In this document: positions 1-8,889 of the stretch, piece after piece
Layout of the letters: each line of letters begins with the position of its first letter
Numbering within the stretch: position 1 is the stretch's first letter
IMG/VR virus record: IMGVR_UViG_2681813421_000002
Location: 22,586-86,585 of that record
Strand: one strand, 5' to 3'
Source: a virus
Lineage: Duplodnaviria; Heunggongvirae; Uroviricota; Caudoviricetes
Length of the DNA: 64,000 bases
Program-made: the position numbers and the translations under genes
The notes under the pieces: generated by a model
Databases searched by the model: none
What the model was told of the DNA's origin: nothing
What the model saw: only the letters and a program-made list of their open reading frames with translations

Positions 1-775
1 CGTACAATTCGTCGCTGAACGACAAAGCCTTGATACTCATATCGTCATTCAGTCTGAAAAATGCACGGTCTTGCCAGTTAACCGCAACTGTGGTTGCAAC
101 CTTACCAGCTTCTATATGACTCATGATCTCGTCGGATAGCAGGTCCACTTTTTTGCAGCGGACCGCGCCGCCATCATCAAGCAATGCTTTTAAGGTCGCT
201 TCCTCACCGGCACGGAAACCGTTCGGGAAGCCATTTTTAATCCAGCCAGTGATGGTCAGTTCTAATGGGTCTTTCGGAGAGAAGGGGACAACGGGCAAGC
301 TGCCAAGCGATTTCCGTAACAAAGCCAGCTGATCCTCTGCTTTTTTAGCACTGCTGGCCTCGACAAAAACCAGATGATTGCTTCGGTCTATCAGGATTTT
401 AGCTACTGATTTTCTCGTGAAAGCGCGAGGAAGAAGAGAGTGAAGCACTTCATCCTTCAGCGAATCTTTTTCGGTCTTCTTCAGCTTTCTGTCTTGCTCT
501 TCTTCAAGTTTCAGGATTTTTTTCTGTAACTCTTCTTTGAGTACTTGAGAAGGTAGGATTTTTTCCTCTCGTTTATGCTGCATCAGAAGAAAACCCTGGT
601 ATTCATGGGTGAGGTTGTCGCCAAGAACGGGGGTCCAACCAGCTTTAGCCATATCCTGAGAACCGCATGGGGTAAACACAAACTTGCTAAGGGCTGCATT
701 TACTTCTGCAGTATCCCAGCTAACTTCGCGTGAAAGACGATAGATGAAGATATTTTTGAAAGCGACTGATCTCAT
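1..775 (-). CDS. rdgC: RdgC-like recombination-associated protein (partial; C-terminus lies beyond window start)
   Basis: Minus-strand frame open from ATG at 773-775 to position 2; translation [19 protein letters not shown]...[14 protein letters not shown]...REEKILPS closely matches the E. coli RdgC N-terminal region as I recall it. Confidence 0.75.
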   Translation of the reverse strand, partial: MRSVAFKNIFIYRLSREVSWDTAEVNAALSKFVFTPCGSQDMAKAGWTPVLGDNLTHEYQGFLLMQHKREEKILPSQVLKEELQKKILKLEEEQDRKLKKTEKDSLKDEVLHSLLPRAFTRKSVAKILIDRSNHLVFVEASSAKKAEDQLALLRKSLGSLPVVPFSPKDPLELTITGWIKNGFPNGFRAGEEATLKALLDDGGAVRCKKVDLLSDEIMSHIEAGKVATTVAVNWQDRAFFRLNDDMSIKALSFSDELY

Positions 776-786
776 GTCTCACCATA

Positions 787-824
787 TGTGTTAGAAAATA
801 CATATTAATTATCTAACACAAATG
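787..824. promoter_or_regulatory. Operator-like dyad (TGTGTTAGA ... TCTAACACA) just upstream of rdgC-like start
   Basis: Two copies of the dispersed TTTCTAACA core in inverted orientation, 12 bp upstream of the start codon. Confidence 0.5.
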
Positions 825-834
825 GGTGCATTTT

Positions 835-1488
835 CTATCCTTTCTTGAAATCGAAGTTGCTAGCAGTGGCCTGAAAGGTTCCTCCTGCCTTGAAAGCTAT
901 GTCTCCGTTAGCGGTGACAGCAATATTTTCCCCTTTAACATTGATGTTGTTGGCTGATTTGACGTTAACACTCCCTCCTGCATTCACGATTACATCAGCC
1001 GGACCAATGATATATATCTGCCCGGACTCATTCATGCCAATCCTTGAGCCTGCAGCCGTATTGGCAATTTCATAGCCGCCACCAGCAGTTCGTACTTCAA
1101 GAATATTGTTGCGGTGAATAACGAAGTCTTTCGTTGCTGAGATTTGGGGGCGGGGAGGCGCTCCATCTACTTCCGGCGGCGTCCAGCCGTTGCCTTTGCC
1201 AGATGCTTCTGGTGCAACGTTTGGAATTCCTCCCGGTGCATCCTGAGCGGCACCAACTATCATTGGGCGTCTGGTGTCTATTCGACCGTTAACATCTAAA
1301 TAAGGAAACTCTACCCAGACCAGGTCACCTTTGACTGTGGGTACAAAAGCGTTTCCGATGGGTAACAGGTATTCCGCCCAGGGTAGATCGTCATCAGGAA
1401 CGCCATTCCAGTCAGGTAAAACACGGACTTGAGCACGCATAAGCCCTGCCGGGTGCACAGTTCCAACAATTTGCGCTCTACGCTTCAT
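835..1488 (-). CDS. Baseplate spike/hub-like protein (gpV/gp5-like)
   Basis: 217 aa; N-terminal motif GDLVWVEF...P.IVGAA typical of phage baseplate spike OB-fold, C-terminal short beta-strand repeats (VNVKSANNINVKGENIAVTANGDIAF). Confidence 0.45.
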   Translation of the reverse strand: MKRRAQIVGTVHPAGLMRAQVRVLPDWNGVPDDDLPWAEYLLPIGNAFVPTVKGDLVWVEFPYLDVNGRIDTRRPMIVGAAQDAPGGIPNVAPEASGKGNGWTPPEVDGAPPRPQISATKDFVIHRNNILEVRTAGGGYEIANTAAGSRIGMNESGQIYIIGPADVIVNAGGSVNVKSANNINVKGENIAVTANGDIAFKAGGTFQATASNFDFKKG

Positions 1489-2465
1489 TTGTTCGGCACT
1501 CCCAATATCATTCGTGTTGTGTAGCCTACGCGGTCTTCAAAGTGCGCAACATTTTTTACTATCAGCTTACGGGGCATTGATTCATCAATGCGGTTTTCCT
1601 GGTCATAGCGGTATACGATAATCTCTATCACCATCCCCGGTTTTATATCAGGATTGCCTGCGACTTCTATATCCATTTTGGGGACGAGAGACAGCTGCAT
1701 ATTGCGAAGAGTTTCCATATCAGAGTCGGATATATAACGCACTGGGAGTGAGCTATCGCCATATTCGACGTAGCCATCGGTCATGGAATACCCAACAAAA
1801 CGATATTGATTCTTTGCTGTTGTCGCATGTTCCTGTTGGAGTAGGCGCATTTTGGACAAAGTGTATTCTGCTTTAGGGTTATTCCCCTCGTAGGTAAATG
1901 ATGGCGTTTGCTTCATCAGATCAGCCAGGGTGTAAAAGTTAAATTCCCCCCGGCATACCCAACATAATGCACCTTTGTCTCGCGCTATCTCCGAAAGCAT
2001 TTTTGACGGTTTGTCACCGGCATTCAGATGATATGTAACTGCGCGTTTTAGCACGCTGCTGGTAATTTTAAGCTTGCCGGAATATGCCTTGAATATAGCG
2101 TCTGGTGTTTTGTTGGTATGTAAATTTGTGCGCGGGGAGGGGATCTTAAACCTGCGCACGTCTTCACTGACAGCAATAACGGTAACAACATCACCAGCCA
2201 GCATTGCAGACGTAACAAAGAAATCTGTTTTAAAAGTGCCTGCATTACCGTTTGGATCGCCCATTTCAGCCACCAGCGATGCACCGTATTTGGCTTTCCA
2301 GTCATCAATTACGGTGCCGGTAGCGTCATGAATTTCCAGTTTTAGCAAAGGGGCTTTGAGGCTGGTTTTTTCTACATATACTGCGGTAAAAATCCAGTCT
2401 CGTGGCACTTTGTTATCGTTAATGAGCACTGACTGTAGAAAATATTGTTGTAACTCCTGGGCCAC
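1485..2465 (-). CDS. Hypothetical phage protein, co-oriented with spike-like gene (possible virion/baseplate module)
   Basis: 326 aa ORF with 4-bp start/stop overlap with neighbours, typical of structural operons. Confidence 0.45.
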   Translation of the reverse strand: MAQELQQYFLQSVLINDNKVPRDWIFTAVYVEKTSLKAPLLKLEIHDATGTVIDDWKAKYGASLVAEMGDPNGNAGTFKTDFFVTSAMLAGDVVTVIAVSEDVRRFKIPSPRTNLHTNKTPDAIFKAYSGKLKITSSVLKRAVTYHLNAGDKPSKMLSEIARDKGALCWVCRGEFNFYTLADLMKQTPSFTYEGNNPKAEYTLSKMRLLQQEHATTAKNQYRFVGYSMTDGYVEYGDSSLPVRYISDSDMETLRNMQLSLVPKMDIEVAGNPDIKPGMVIEIIVYRYDQENRIDESMPRKLIVKNVAHFEDRVGYTTRMILGVPNK

Positions 2466-2468
2466 TTA

Positions 2469-3236
2469 TCACCCCATAGATATCGAGGTTTCGGTAATAA
2501 TACGTTTTGCGTCCAACTCCCATGCTGTGATCACGTCTGTAATCACACTTATCGGCGCTTGTGTGGCATAAATACGCTCTTCTCCAATTGGTGCTGAAAC
2601 ATCCGTAAAGCCGACTTCTTTGGCATCCTGTATCGAGCAAATCAGCGGGACCGGGACACGAACAAGGTGAGTGGTTGCTTCAAATTGTGTACCTGTCATC
2701 AGGCGAAGCCGTGCGCCCAGCGAATTACACATCAGACTCATGGTCGCTTTATCAGTTGCCATTAACGTAACGTCATACGTCAGAATGGCCTGGGTGTATT
2801 CCAGTTCTGCTAAAGGCATTCCGGTATCTGGTTCGCAAAAACTGGCTACTTTTTTGCGGTCAATCTGCTGATCATCGTTGATATAATTGATATCCATAGT
2901 GCGTGAGATATTGACCAGGGGGAGAGCATCCCGGTTAATGTTCTGGTTTTCAGGTTTTCTCCCTTGCCCGGCATTTGCGCGACGAACTGCTTTAAGAAAC
3001 TCGATCGCATTGTCGAAACGGGCCATATAGACACGCTCTGCTGGTGGACGATTCAGGAATGACGCAAAGCGTTTTTCTTCCGGCGCGGGGGCCACCAGTA
3101 AGATATCAGAAAAAATGTTGCTGATTAGCGTCGCAAACGCGTTATCCACGTTTTCAAAGCCCGTGGTCTGGAATTTTCCTGTGCGTAAGGTTTGCCATTC
3201 ACCGGTTCGCGCCAGGAGGGTTTTATTTGAAGTCAT
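2469..3236 (-). CDS. Hypothetical phage protein
   Basis: 255 aa ORF, tightly packed with flanking genes. Confidence 0.45.
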   Translation of the reverse strand: MTSNKTLLARTGEWQTLRTGKFQTTGFENVDNAFATLISNIFSDILLVAPAPEEKRFASFLNRPPAERVYMARFDNAIEFLKAVRRANAGQGRKPENQNINRDALPLVNISRTMDINYINDDQQIDRKKVASFCEPDTGMPLAELEYTQAILTYDVTLMATDKATMSLMCNSLGARLRLMTGTQFEATTHLVRVPVPLICSIQDAKEVGFTDVSAPIGEERIYATQAPISVITDVITAWELDAKRIITETSISMG

Positions 3237-4036
3237 TCGATCACTCCGTTTTGAGTCGTATCAAAATTTCTGGCAGGTATGCAGTAGTAAAGCGAACCAA
3301 CATGCTGTGTGCCGTAGCTAAAAATACGGTGCACGTACCACCAGCGGCGGGCTACGCCGTTTACCATCTCTTCATTCCATTCAAGAATTGAGCCGACGGG
3401 GACGTTATTTGCTGCAATACGCAGAATCAGAACATCATCGGTTAAGCCATCCTGCTCACCGTCTGCGTCAATCGCATGGAAAGAGTCACGCCCGTCAGGG
3501 TTATCCAGCACATAAACGATTTCAGGTTCCTGGTAAGTCAGTTCGCGTTGGTTGTTATCCAGTTCAGTGAATGACTCTTCTCCTGTTTCGTCGCTGACTA
3601 CCCCATATGTGCCAACATCTGGTCGATATAAGAGAGCCTGAAACGCGTCTGGGCTGGATTCAATAATCAGCATCCAGTCTGCGCGGATTTGGTCGTTAAA
3701 GGCTTTATGCCCGTTATAGCGTGCTTTTAACTGTGGAGTCGGTTCTCTCCCAGCCAGGGAAGATGGAAGTATGGCTATATCTGATTCGCCAGCATCCGAA
3801 GTAAGGCCACCGTTGCTATCAGCAAAATTATCATGGCTATCAGCTTTGGCGGCGGGTTGCTCTTCCAGAATGCTGAATGAATCCGAACCGGTATTGCCAT
3901 GTTCCGGCGCGCCTCCTGCATTCGCTTCAATCGGTGCTGGCGTTTCTCTCTGCGTGCTGTCATGTTCTGACTCCTTACTTGCCAGGTTTGCATCGTCAGC
4001 AAACCATTCGTCAAAACGGCCCATAAGCATCCTCAA
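3233..4036 (-). CDS. Hypothetical phage protein with acidic, low-complexity N-terminal half
   Basis: 267 aa ORF; N-terminal D/E/S/G-rich region. Confidence 0.45.
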   Translation of the reverse strand: MRMLMGRFDEWFADDANLASKESEHDSTQRETPAPIEANAGGAPEHGNTGSDSFSILEEQPAAKADSHDNFADSNGGLTSDAGESDIAILPSSLAGREPTPQLKARYNGHKAFNDQIRADWMLIIESSPDAFQALLYRPDVGTYGVVSDETGEESFTELDNNQRELTYQEPEIVYVLDNPDGRDSFHAIDADGEQDGLTDDVLILRIAANNVPVGSILEWNEEMVNGVARRWWYVHRIFSYGTQHVGSLYYCIPARNFDTTQNGVIE

Positions 4037-4186
4037 AGGTCGATCTGTCAGGTATCGAAAGGAAGATTTTCGGGAGATTGTGATTTTGGATGAAGGAGGG
4101 GGAATTCATAAAATGCACTTGCGCACAGTGCAACAGTGCGCTATAGTTATGGCATTCGGTAATCATCACGGAGGATCAAATGACTA

Positions 4187-4489
4187 ATGACCAAAAAAAT
4201 TAACATAAAGGATTTCAGGGATGCGTGGCTTGATGATTTTTTTGAATTTTCAACACCACATAGAAAGATACCTCCTGATATTCATATGACATTGTCACGG
4301 AAGTTGGACATTATCAATGCCGCAACTACCTGTAAGGATTTAAGATCACCACCAGGTAATCGGTATGAGGAACTGTCAGGGAAGCTAAATGGCTATTCAT
4401 CAGTAAGGGTGAATAAGCAATATAGGTTAATTTTTAAGTGGGTTAACGGAAAGGCCGAGGACTTGTATCTCGACCCTCACAAATACTAA
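4187..4489 (+). CDS. higB: HigB toxin (plasmid-maintenance killer family, Vibrio/Rts1 type)
   Basis: 100 aa; motifs RKL.I..AA....DLR.PPGNR.E.L.G.L.G..S.RVNKQYRLIF.WV.G...YLDPHKY match HigB-type RelE-fold toxins. Confidence 0.8.
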   Translation: MTKKINIKDFRDAWLDDFFEFSTPHRKIPPDIHMTLSRKLDIINAATTCKDLRSPPGNRYEELSGKLNGYSSVRVNKQYRLIFKWVNGKAEDLYLDPHKY

Positions 4490-4559
4490 AACAGATACCC
4501 GGTTACGGACCGGGTTCTGACCAGAGTCCACTTAATACGCACGCTAGTAAGGGCAAAAA

Positions 4560-4898
4560 ATGAAACAGGCAACCAGAAAACCGACGACCGTAGGTGATAT
4601 CCTGCTGTACGAATACCTGGAGCCGTTAGAGCTGAAGATCAACGAGTTAGCAGAAATACTTCATGTTCATCGTAACACCGTAAGTGCTCTTGTTAATAAT
4701 AATCGTAAGCTAACGATGGATATGGCATATCGCCTGGCAAAAGCATTCGATACTTCTGTAGATTTTTGGATTAATCTCCAGACCGCAGTAGACCTGTGGG
4801 AAGTCGAAAATGACATGCGCGTTCAGGAAGAGTTAAGTCGTATCAATACTGCTGAAAAATTTATTTCTCAGCGGAACCTGAATAAAAAAGCAGCCTGA
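4560..4898 (+). CDS. higA: HigA antitoxin (XRE-type HTH)
   Basis: 112 aa; VGDILLYEYLEPLEL...HVHRNTVSALVNN HTH region, toxin-first gene order characteristic of higBA. Confidence 0.8.
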   Translation: MKQATRKPTTVGDILLYEYLEPLELKINELAEILHVHRNTVSALVNNNRKLTMDMAYRLAKAFDTSVDFWINLQTAVDLWEVENDMRVQEELSRINTAEKFISQRNLNKKAA

Positions 4899-4918
4899 TA
4901 TAGTAAAACACATACAAA

Positions 4919-4948
4919 AAGCCCACTTAACAAGTGGGCTTTCCTTTG
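4919..4948 (+). terminator. Rho-independent terminator after higA
   Basis: Stem AAGCCCACTT/AAGTGGGCTT with 3-nt loop followed by a T-rich tract. Confidence 0.5.
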
Positions 4949-4954
4949 GAATTA

Positions 4955-5314
4955 ATGAACATTAAAACTATCCGTACAGAACAAGATTATGAGGCCGCAC
5001 TGCGTGCGGTAGAACCGATGTTCGATAACGAACCGGAAACGAACACCCCGGAAGGTAATTTCTTGGAGGTTATGTGTCTTCTCATTGAGGAGTACGAGAA
5101 AAAACATTACCCAATTGAGCCGCCATCACCTATTGAAGCCATTAAATCCCGTATGGAATAGCAAGGGTTGACCGTGAAGGATCTGGAACCGGCGATTGGT
5201 AAGTCAAATCGTGTTTACGAAGTGCTAAATGGGACACGAAATTTAACGTTACCTATGATTCGTCGTTTACATTCCCAGTTTGGCATTCCTCTTGAAAGCC
5301 TAGTTGGTGTTTAA
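4955..5314 (+). pseudogene. HigA-family (COG5499-like) antitoxin gene interrupted by in-frame TAG at 5159-5161
   Basis: Upstream part MNIKTIRTEQDYEAALRAVEPMFD...KHYPIEPPSPIEAIKSRME, then TAG, then in the same frame QGLTVKDLEPAIGKSNRVYEVLNGTRNLTLPMIRRLHSQFGIPLESLVGV; the two halves together resemble E. coli K-12 HigA (YgjM)-type antitoxins. Confidence 0.55.
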
Positions 5315-5374
5315 GTTTGGCAGTCTGGAGGGCCGATTTTACATAAAATCAAGGTTTAAATATTTGGTGATTAT

Positions 5375-6115
5375 ATGAGCACTGATTCATCAATAGAAAA
5401 GGAAAATGAAAAATCATCCGCCCAAAATCTGATAGAAGATGCTGTAAAAGATAAGTTGTTTAATAAGGTTTTTGCCTACATTTTTATTTCATTTTTAATT
5501 TCTAACTGGCGAGATATATTTATATTGTTGAAGTCAAAAGATGATGTTATGTATACATTATCTATGGTGTTTGTTGGGGAAAAGATTCCATTATTTGGGA
5601 ATGTTTTTGTACCCTCATTCGTAGCTCATTTTGTCTTGCCTTTTATTTATGGTGTTGTGGCTTCAATATTAGCCCCAATGTTAACTTTACTAATTTCTAT
5701 GGTGACTGGCACAATATACGCTAAATTGAGAGAGATAGATAAAATTGAAGACAAAAAAGAACAAGTAAGAAAAATTAACAGAGACATTAATGATCTTACT
5801 AAGAAACGGAAAGACGTTGAAGAGCGTCTTGAAAAAGAAAAAGAAGAACATGAATCATTAAAAAGAAAGGTAGAAGAAGTTAGGGAACAGATTGAATGTG
5901 TGGATAGCGATATCCGTCATGTTATTAAATTATATAGAGAGAAAGGTGAGAGCTTAAATTCGTTGGATGATTTTTATGAATTTTTTACTGCCGTGAAAAA
6001 CTCATCTTTTCGTTCGGGTGATACAAATGACAGGGAGACACTTGAGGAGATTCTCTCAAAGCTTTCTGATTCACTTGAAAAAATTAAATGCGATGCTAAT
6101 AAAAAGGTGGGATAA
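5375..6115 (+). CDS. Membrane protein with long C-terminal charged coiled-coil (unknown function; AT-rich gene)
   Basis: 246 aa; hydrophobic segments (FAYIFISFLISNW; FVPSFVAHFVLPFIYGVVASILAPMLTLLISMVTGTIY) followed by K/E-rich heptad-like region; visibly AT-rich versus flanks. Confidence 0.6.
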   Translation: MSTDSSIEKENEKSSAQNLIEDAVKDKLFNKVFAYIFISFLISNWRDIFILLKSKDDVMYTLSMVFVGEKIPLFGNVFVPSFVAHFVLPFIYGVVASILAPMLTLLISMVTGTIYAKLREIDKIEDKKEQVRKINRDINDLTKKRKDVEERLEKEKEEHESLKRKVEEVREQIECVDSDIRHVIKLYREKGESLNSLDDFYEFFTAVKNSSFRSGDTNDRETLEEILSKLSDSLEKIKCDANKKVG

Positions 6116-6126
6116 ACCCACCTTTG

Positions 6127-7317
6127 TTAATTTTTTATGTACTCCATGAACATTTTTTCAGCTTGTGCTGGTGGTGTTCCAGCCATGACAAGCGCATCAA
6201 TGAACGCCTGCTTCTTCAGTGCGAACTGATCGGCAAGGCGTTGCTGAAGTTCCTTATTTTTCTGTTTCTCACGTTGCAAGGCCGCTTCTTTTGCAGCCGC
6301 CCGTTTTTTCTGTGCGTCTGACAACTTTCTGGCCCTGGTCAATTGGTCACGTAGCTTGTCGATATTGCCGTTGTCCTTTGCCAGTTTTGTACTTAAAGCT
6401 GCCTGGCGCTTCTGATAGAGCCTCCATTCGCGTTTGGCGGCTTCAACGTTTGTTTTACTGCTTCGATTGCGATTAAACTCCTTCTCGTCTTCTTTTGAGA
6501 AGTGTTTGGTTGTACGGCGGCGATCGTCACCAAATGCAATTTGCGTTGCAGCCTTTTGTAGCGCACGAGCAATACTCATTTGCCAACTGGCGGACTGTAA
6601 CCGCGTCATTGAGTGGATCACGTGTTTACAGGCGACGCCTTGCAGCTTCGGGTTGCGAACTTTTGGATAGGCGTATTCTTTTGGCGGGGCCAGGGCAAAG
6701 TTACCCGCAGTAGCGATGTAACGATACCAGTATTGATGACGACCACAGTCACAATCGAAAGACACTCGCCCGGCGCACAGTGATTTAGTGATTTTGAGAG
6801 CTGATTTATCGTCTTCTGCGATGTCATCGACCATCTGATCCCATTCTTCAAAGCGTATCCGGACGATATGGTGCTGGTGGACGGATATATCCGATGCTTC
6901 TACGCGGATATTAATCACGTTGTGGCGAAGAGATACGGGGGTAGCTCTTTTGATACCAGATCCGTCATCCACGGCGTTATTTGCACGCTTAATATCGATT
7001 GCCTGGCTGGATGCCACCAGCTGGGCGTATGTGATGCCAGCCGTCTTGCTGTCATATTTTTCGCGTGTTTTACTCCGTAGCTTTTCGAAACCTTTCAGGT
7101 CGTCTCGCGTGAAGAACGTGCCGCCTTTTTTCTTCCCTAACTTGAGAATATCTTCGGCGGATTTGTTCCTCAGTCCACCTGGCGTCAGCGTCCGGTGAGC
7201 TTGTCGGCGCTTACGGGTTTGTTCTTTCCTGATAATCTCGAATATACGCGTGAAGTCCTTAGAGGACAGACCGTCAGTGATATAGCGCCCGTCCTGGTTT
7301 TTCAGGAAATCAGGCAT
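6127..7317 (-). CDS. Hypothetical protein with SWIM-like zinc-finger motif and C-terminal basic coiled-coil
   Basis: 396 aa; CDCGRHQYWY...CKHVIHSM (CxC-x-C-x-H pattern), K/R/A/Q-rich C-terminus. Confidence 0.5.
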   Translation of the reverse strand: MPDFLKNQDGRYITDGLSSKDFTRIFEIIRKEQTRKRRQAHRTLTPGGLRNKSAEDILKLGKKKGGTFFTRDDLKGFEKLRSKTREKYDSKTAGITYAQLVASSQAIDIKRANNAVDDGSGIKRATPVSLRHNVINIRVEASDISVHQHHIVRIRFEEWDQMVDDIAEDDKSALKITKSLCAGRVSFDCDCGRHQYWYRYIATAGNFALAPPKEYAYPKVRNPKLQGVACKHVIHSMTRLQSASWQMSIARALQKAATQIAFGDDRRRTTKHFSKEDEKEFNRNRSSKTNVEAAKREWRLYQKRQAALSTKLAKDNGNIDKLRDQLTRARKLSDAQKKRAAAKEAALQREKQKNKELQQRLADQFALKKQAFIDALVMAGTPPAQAEKMFMEYIKN

Positions 7318-7639
7318 TTTCTATCTCCGGTTCCGCGCTTGCGTAATCACGGATCTTGTTCCTCAGCCATGCCACATCAGGAAGAGTTAACGTGGTCCCT
7401 GCGGGCATTTCTTCCATTTCTGACTCATGGCCCACCAGCACCCGGAATACCCAGCGCAAATCTGCATTGCCATACGCCCTGTAGGCTGCAAGGTCTGAAC
7501 GATATACTTCATCAATCTTTATCGTGTACTGGAAATTATCAGAGTGATACTCCGATACCCGCTTAATCATTTCCTGGTGAAACAGCGCACGAAAAATATC
7601 GTCTTCAATGTACCTATCGTCGAGTCTGCTATAGCCCAT
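7310..7639 (-). CDS. Hypothetical protein
   Basis: 109 aa ORF overlapping start of downstream gene by 8 bp. Confidence 0.4.
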   Translation of the reverse strand: MGYSRLDDRYIEDDIFRALFHQEMIKRVSEYHSDNFQYTIKIDEVYRSDLAAYRAYGNADLRWVFRVLVGHESEMEEMPAGTTLTLPDVAWLRNKIRDYASAEPEIENA

Positions 7640-7822
7640 AACAAAGCCTCTCAGTCATAACCTGGTGGAAACTGTATGCAGGGTGTGAAATGCGAGAAAC
7701 AGACAGGCCACCAGTTCAGGGGGATGTGGTTCATAAATCCCCTCACTGGTGACAAGTGACTTTCATTAATCTTTATGCGGGGGCCAGCTTCATTTGCTGG
7801 CATTAGATTAAAAATTAAACGG

Positions 7823-7957
7823 AGTGAATGACATGGATGTTATCTTCGAATTATTAATGCTAATTGATCTGTTTATGAACGCTTCATTGACCACGCAAAT
7901 ACTGGCGTCAATATTTTTGTTACTCTTCTACCTGGTATTGAGGGAGTTAACAAAGCT
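7823..7957 (+). CDS. Small hydrophobic peptide (44 aa), possible membrane-active small protein
   Basis: ATG preceded by GGAG at about 8 nt; MDVIFELLMLIDLFMNASLTTQILASIFLLLFYLVLRELTKLLM; not in the supplied ORF track (below its size cut-off). Confidence 0.25.
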
Positions 7958-7967
7958 ACTAATGTGA

Positions 7968-8621
7968 TCAAAGTATCACGGTATCTTCATCAACTTCTTT
8001 CCCAGCCAGTGACTTTGGCTGGGAGGTGCCTGCTTTAACTTTTTCATGCCCAATAATGGACAGGAACGAAGCGAGTATGCCTGTTTTTTGCTCTTTCTCG
8101 ACTGTACCGATCATCTGCTCTACGTAATCCGCACTGGCAACGTTGTGGTATACGGTCGCGTAGCAACACAGGACCATCAGAATATGTTCCGGCCTGATAT
8201 CCTGCCAGTTCACCCGGTAGACTTCTTCTCCGTTACCGTTGTATTCGGTGTCAACGATGGAGTCAGGGATTTCGAAAGCACCTTTGTTATTTTGCGGCAG
8301 GGATAATAGCTTCTGGAGTTTTAACTCTCTGTATCTTTCCATCCCGACGATGATTGCTGCTCTGCCATCGGCATGACGGGTCTTGAGAGTCACCTGGCTT
8401 GCTCCGGTGCCAGCGGAGATCGTTGGCGTTATTTCGTCTACCAGTACCTTAAATTTGCTTTTCCGCAGGGCTGCTATAGCTGGAGGAATTTTTTGCTTTT
8501 GCTCCAATGCTGACGCGGGAAGGGGTTTTACTTCGTTAATAATGAGAGCACCGTCTTTCAGTATTGCAGTGAGCATTTGAGGCTTGCTGGTGGTCAGGCT
8601 GAATATTGCGATCTTTTCCAT
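7968..8621 (-). CDS. Hypothetical protein
   Basis: ATG at 8619-8621 preceded by GGAGG; the longer track ORF (to 8663) would start on a GTG inside an upstream terminator hairpin. Confidence 0.5.
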   Translation of the reverse strand: MEKIAIFSLTTSKPQMLTAILKDGALIINEVKPLPASALEQKQKIPPAIAALRKSKFKVLVDEITPTISAGTGASQVTLKTRHADGRAAIIVGMERYRELKLQKLLSLPQNNKGAFEIPDSIVDTEYNGNGEEVYRVNWQDIRPEHILMVLCCYATVYHNVASADYVEQMIGTVEKEQKTGILASFLSIIGHEKVKAGTSQPKSLAGKEVDEDTVIL

Positions 8622-8648
8622 TGTCCTTCCTCCACGGATGACGGATAC

Positions 8649-8672
8649 AAAAAAAGGCCGCACATGGCGGCC
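8649..8672 (-). terminator. Rho-independent terminator (minus strand)
   Basis: GGCCGC-ACAT-GCGGCC hairpin followed on minus strand by a 7-T run. Confidence 0.45.
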
Positions 8673-8889
8673 TGCTTTGGCGTTATGACTCCCTACCGCG
8701 CTTCGGCTGAAAGTTAATCGTCAAAAGAACCTTCAACGGGAGCCGTTAGCGCGATGGATTATGTGCAGTTTGTGATTTCCAAAATAGTGTCAACCACTTT
8801 TTGTGGATTTTATTTTTTGACCGAAATTTGGCCTAAATCATGTTGATGTAGTTGATTGTTTTTGTAACATAAAACTTCATTTTGTTTAC

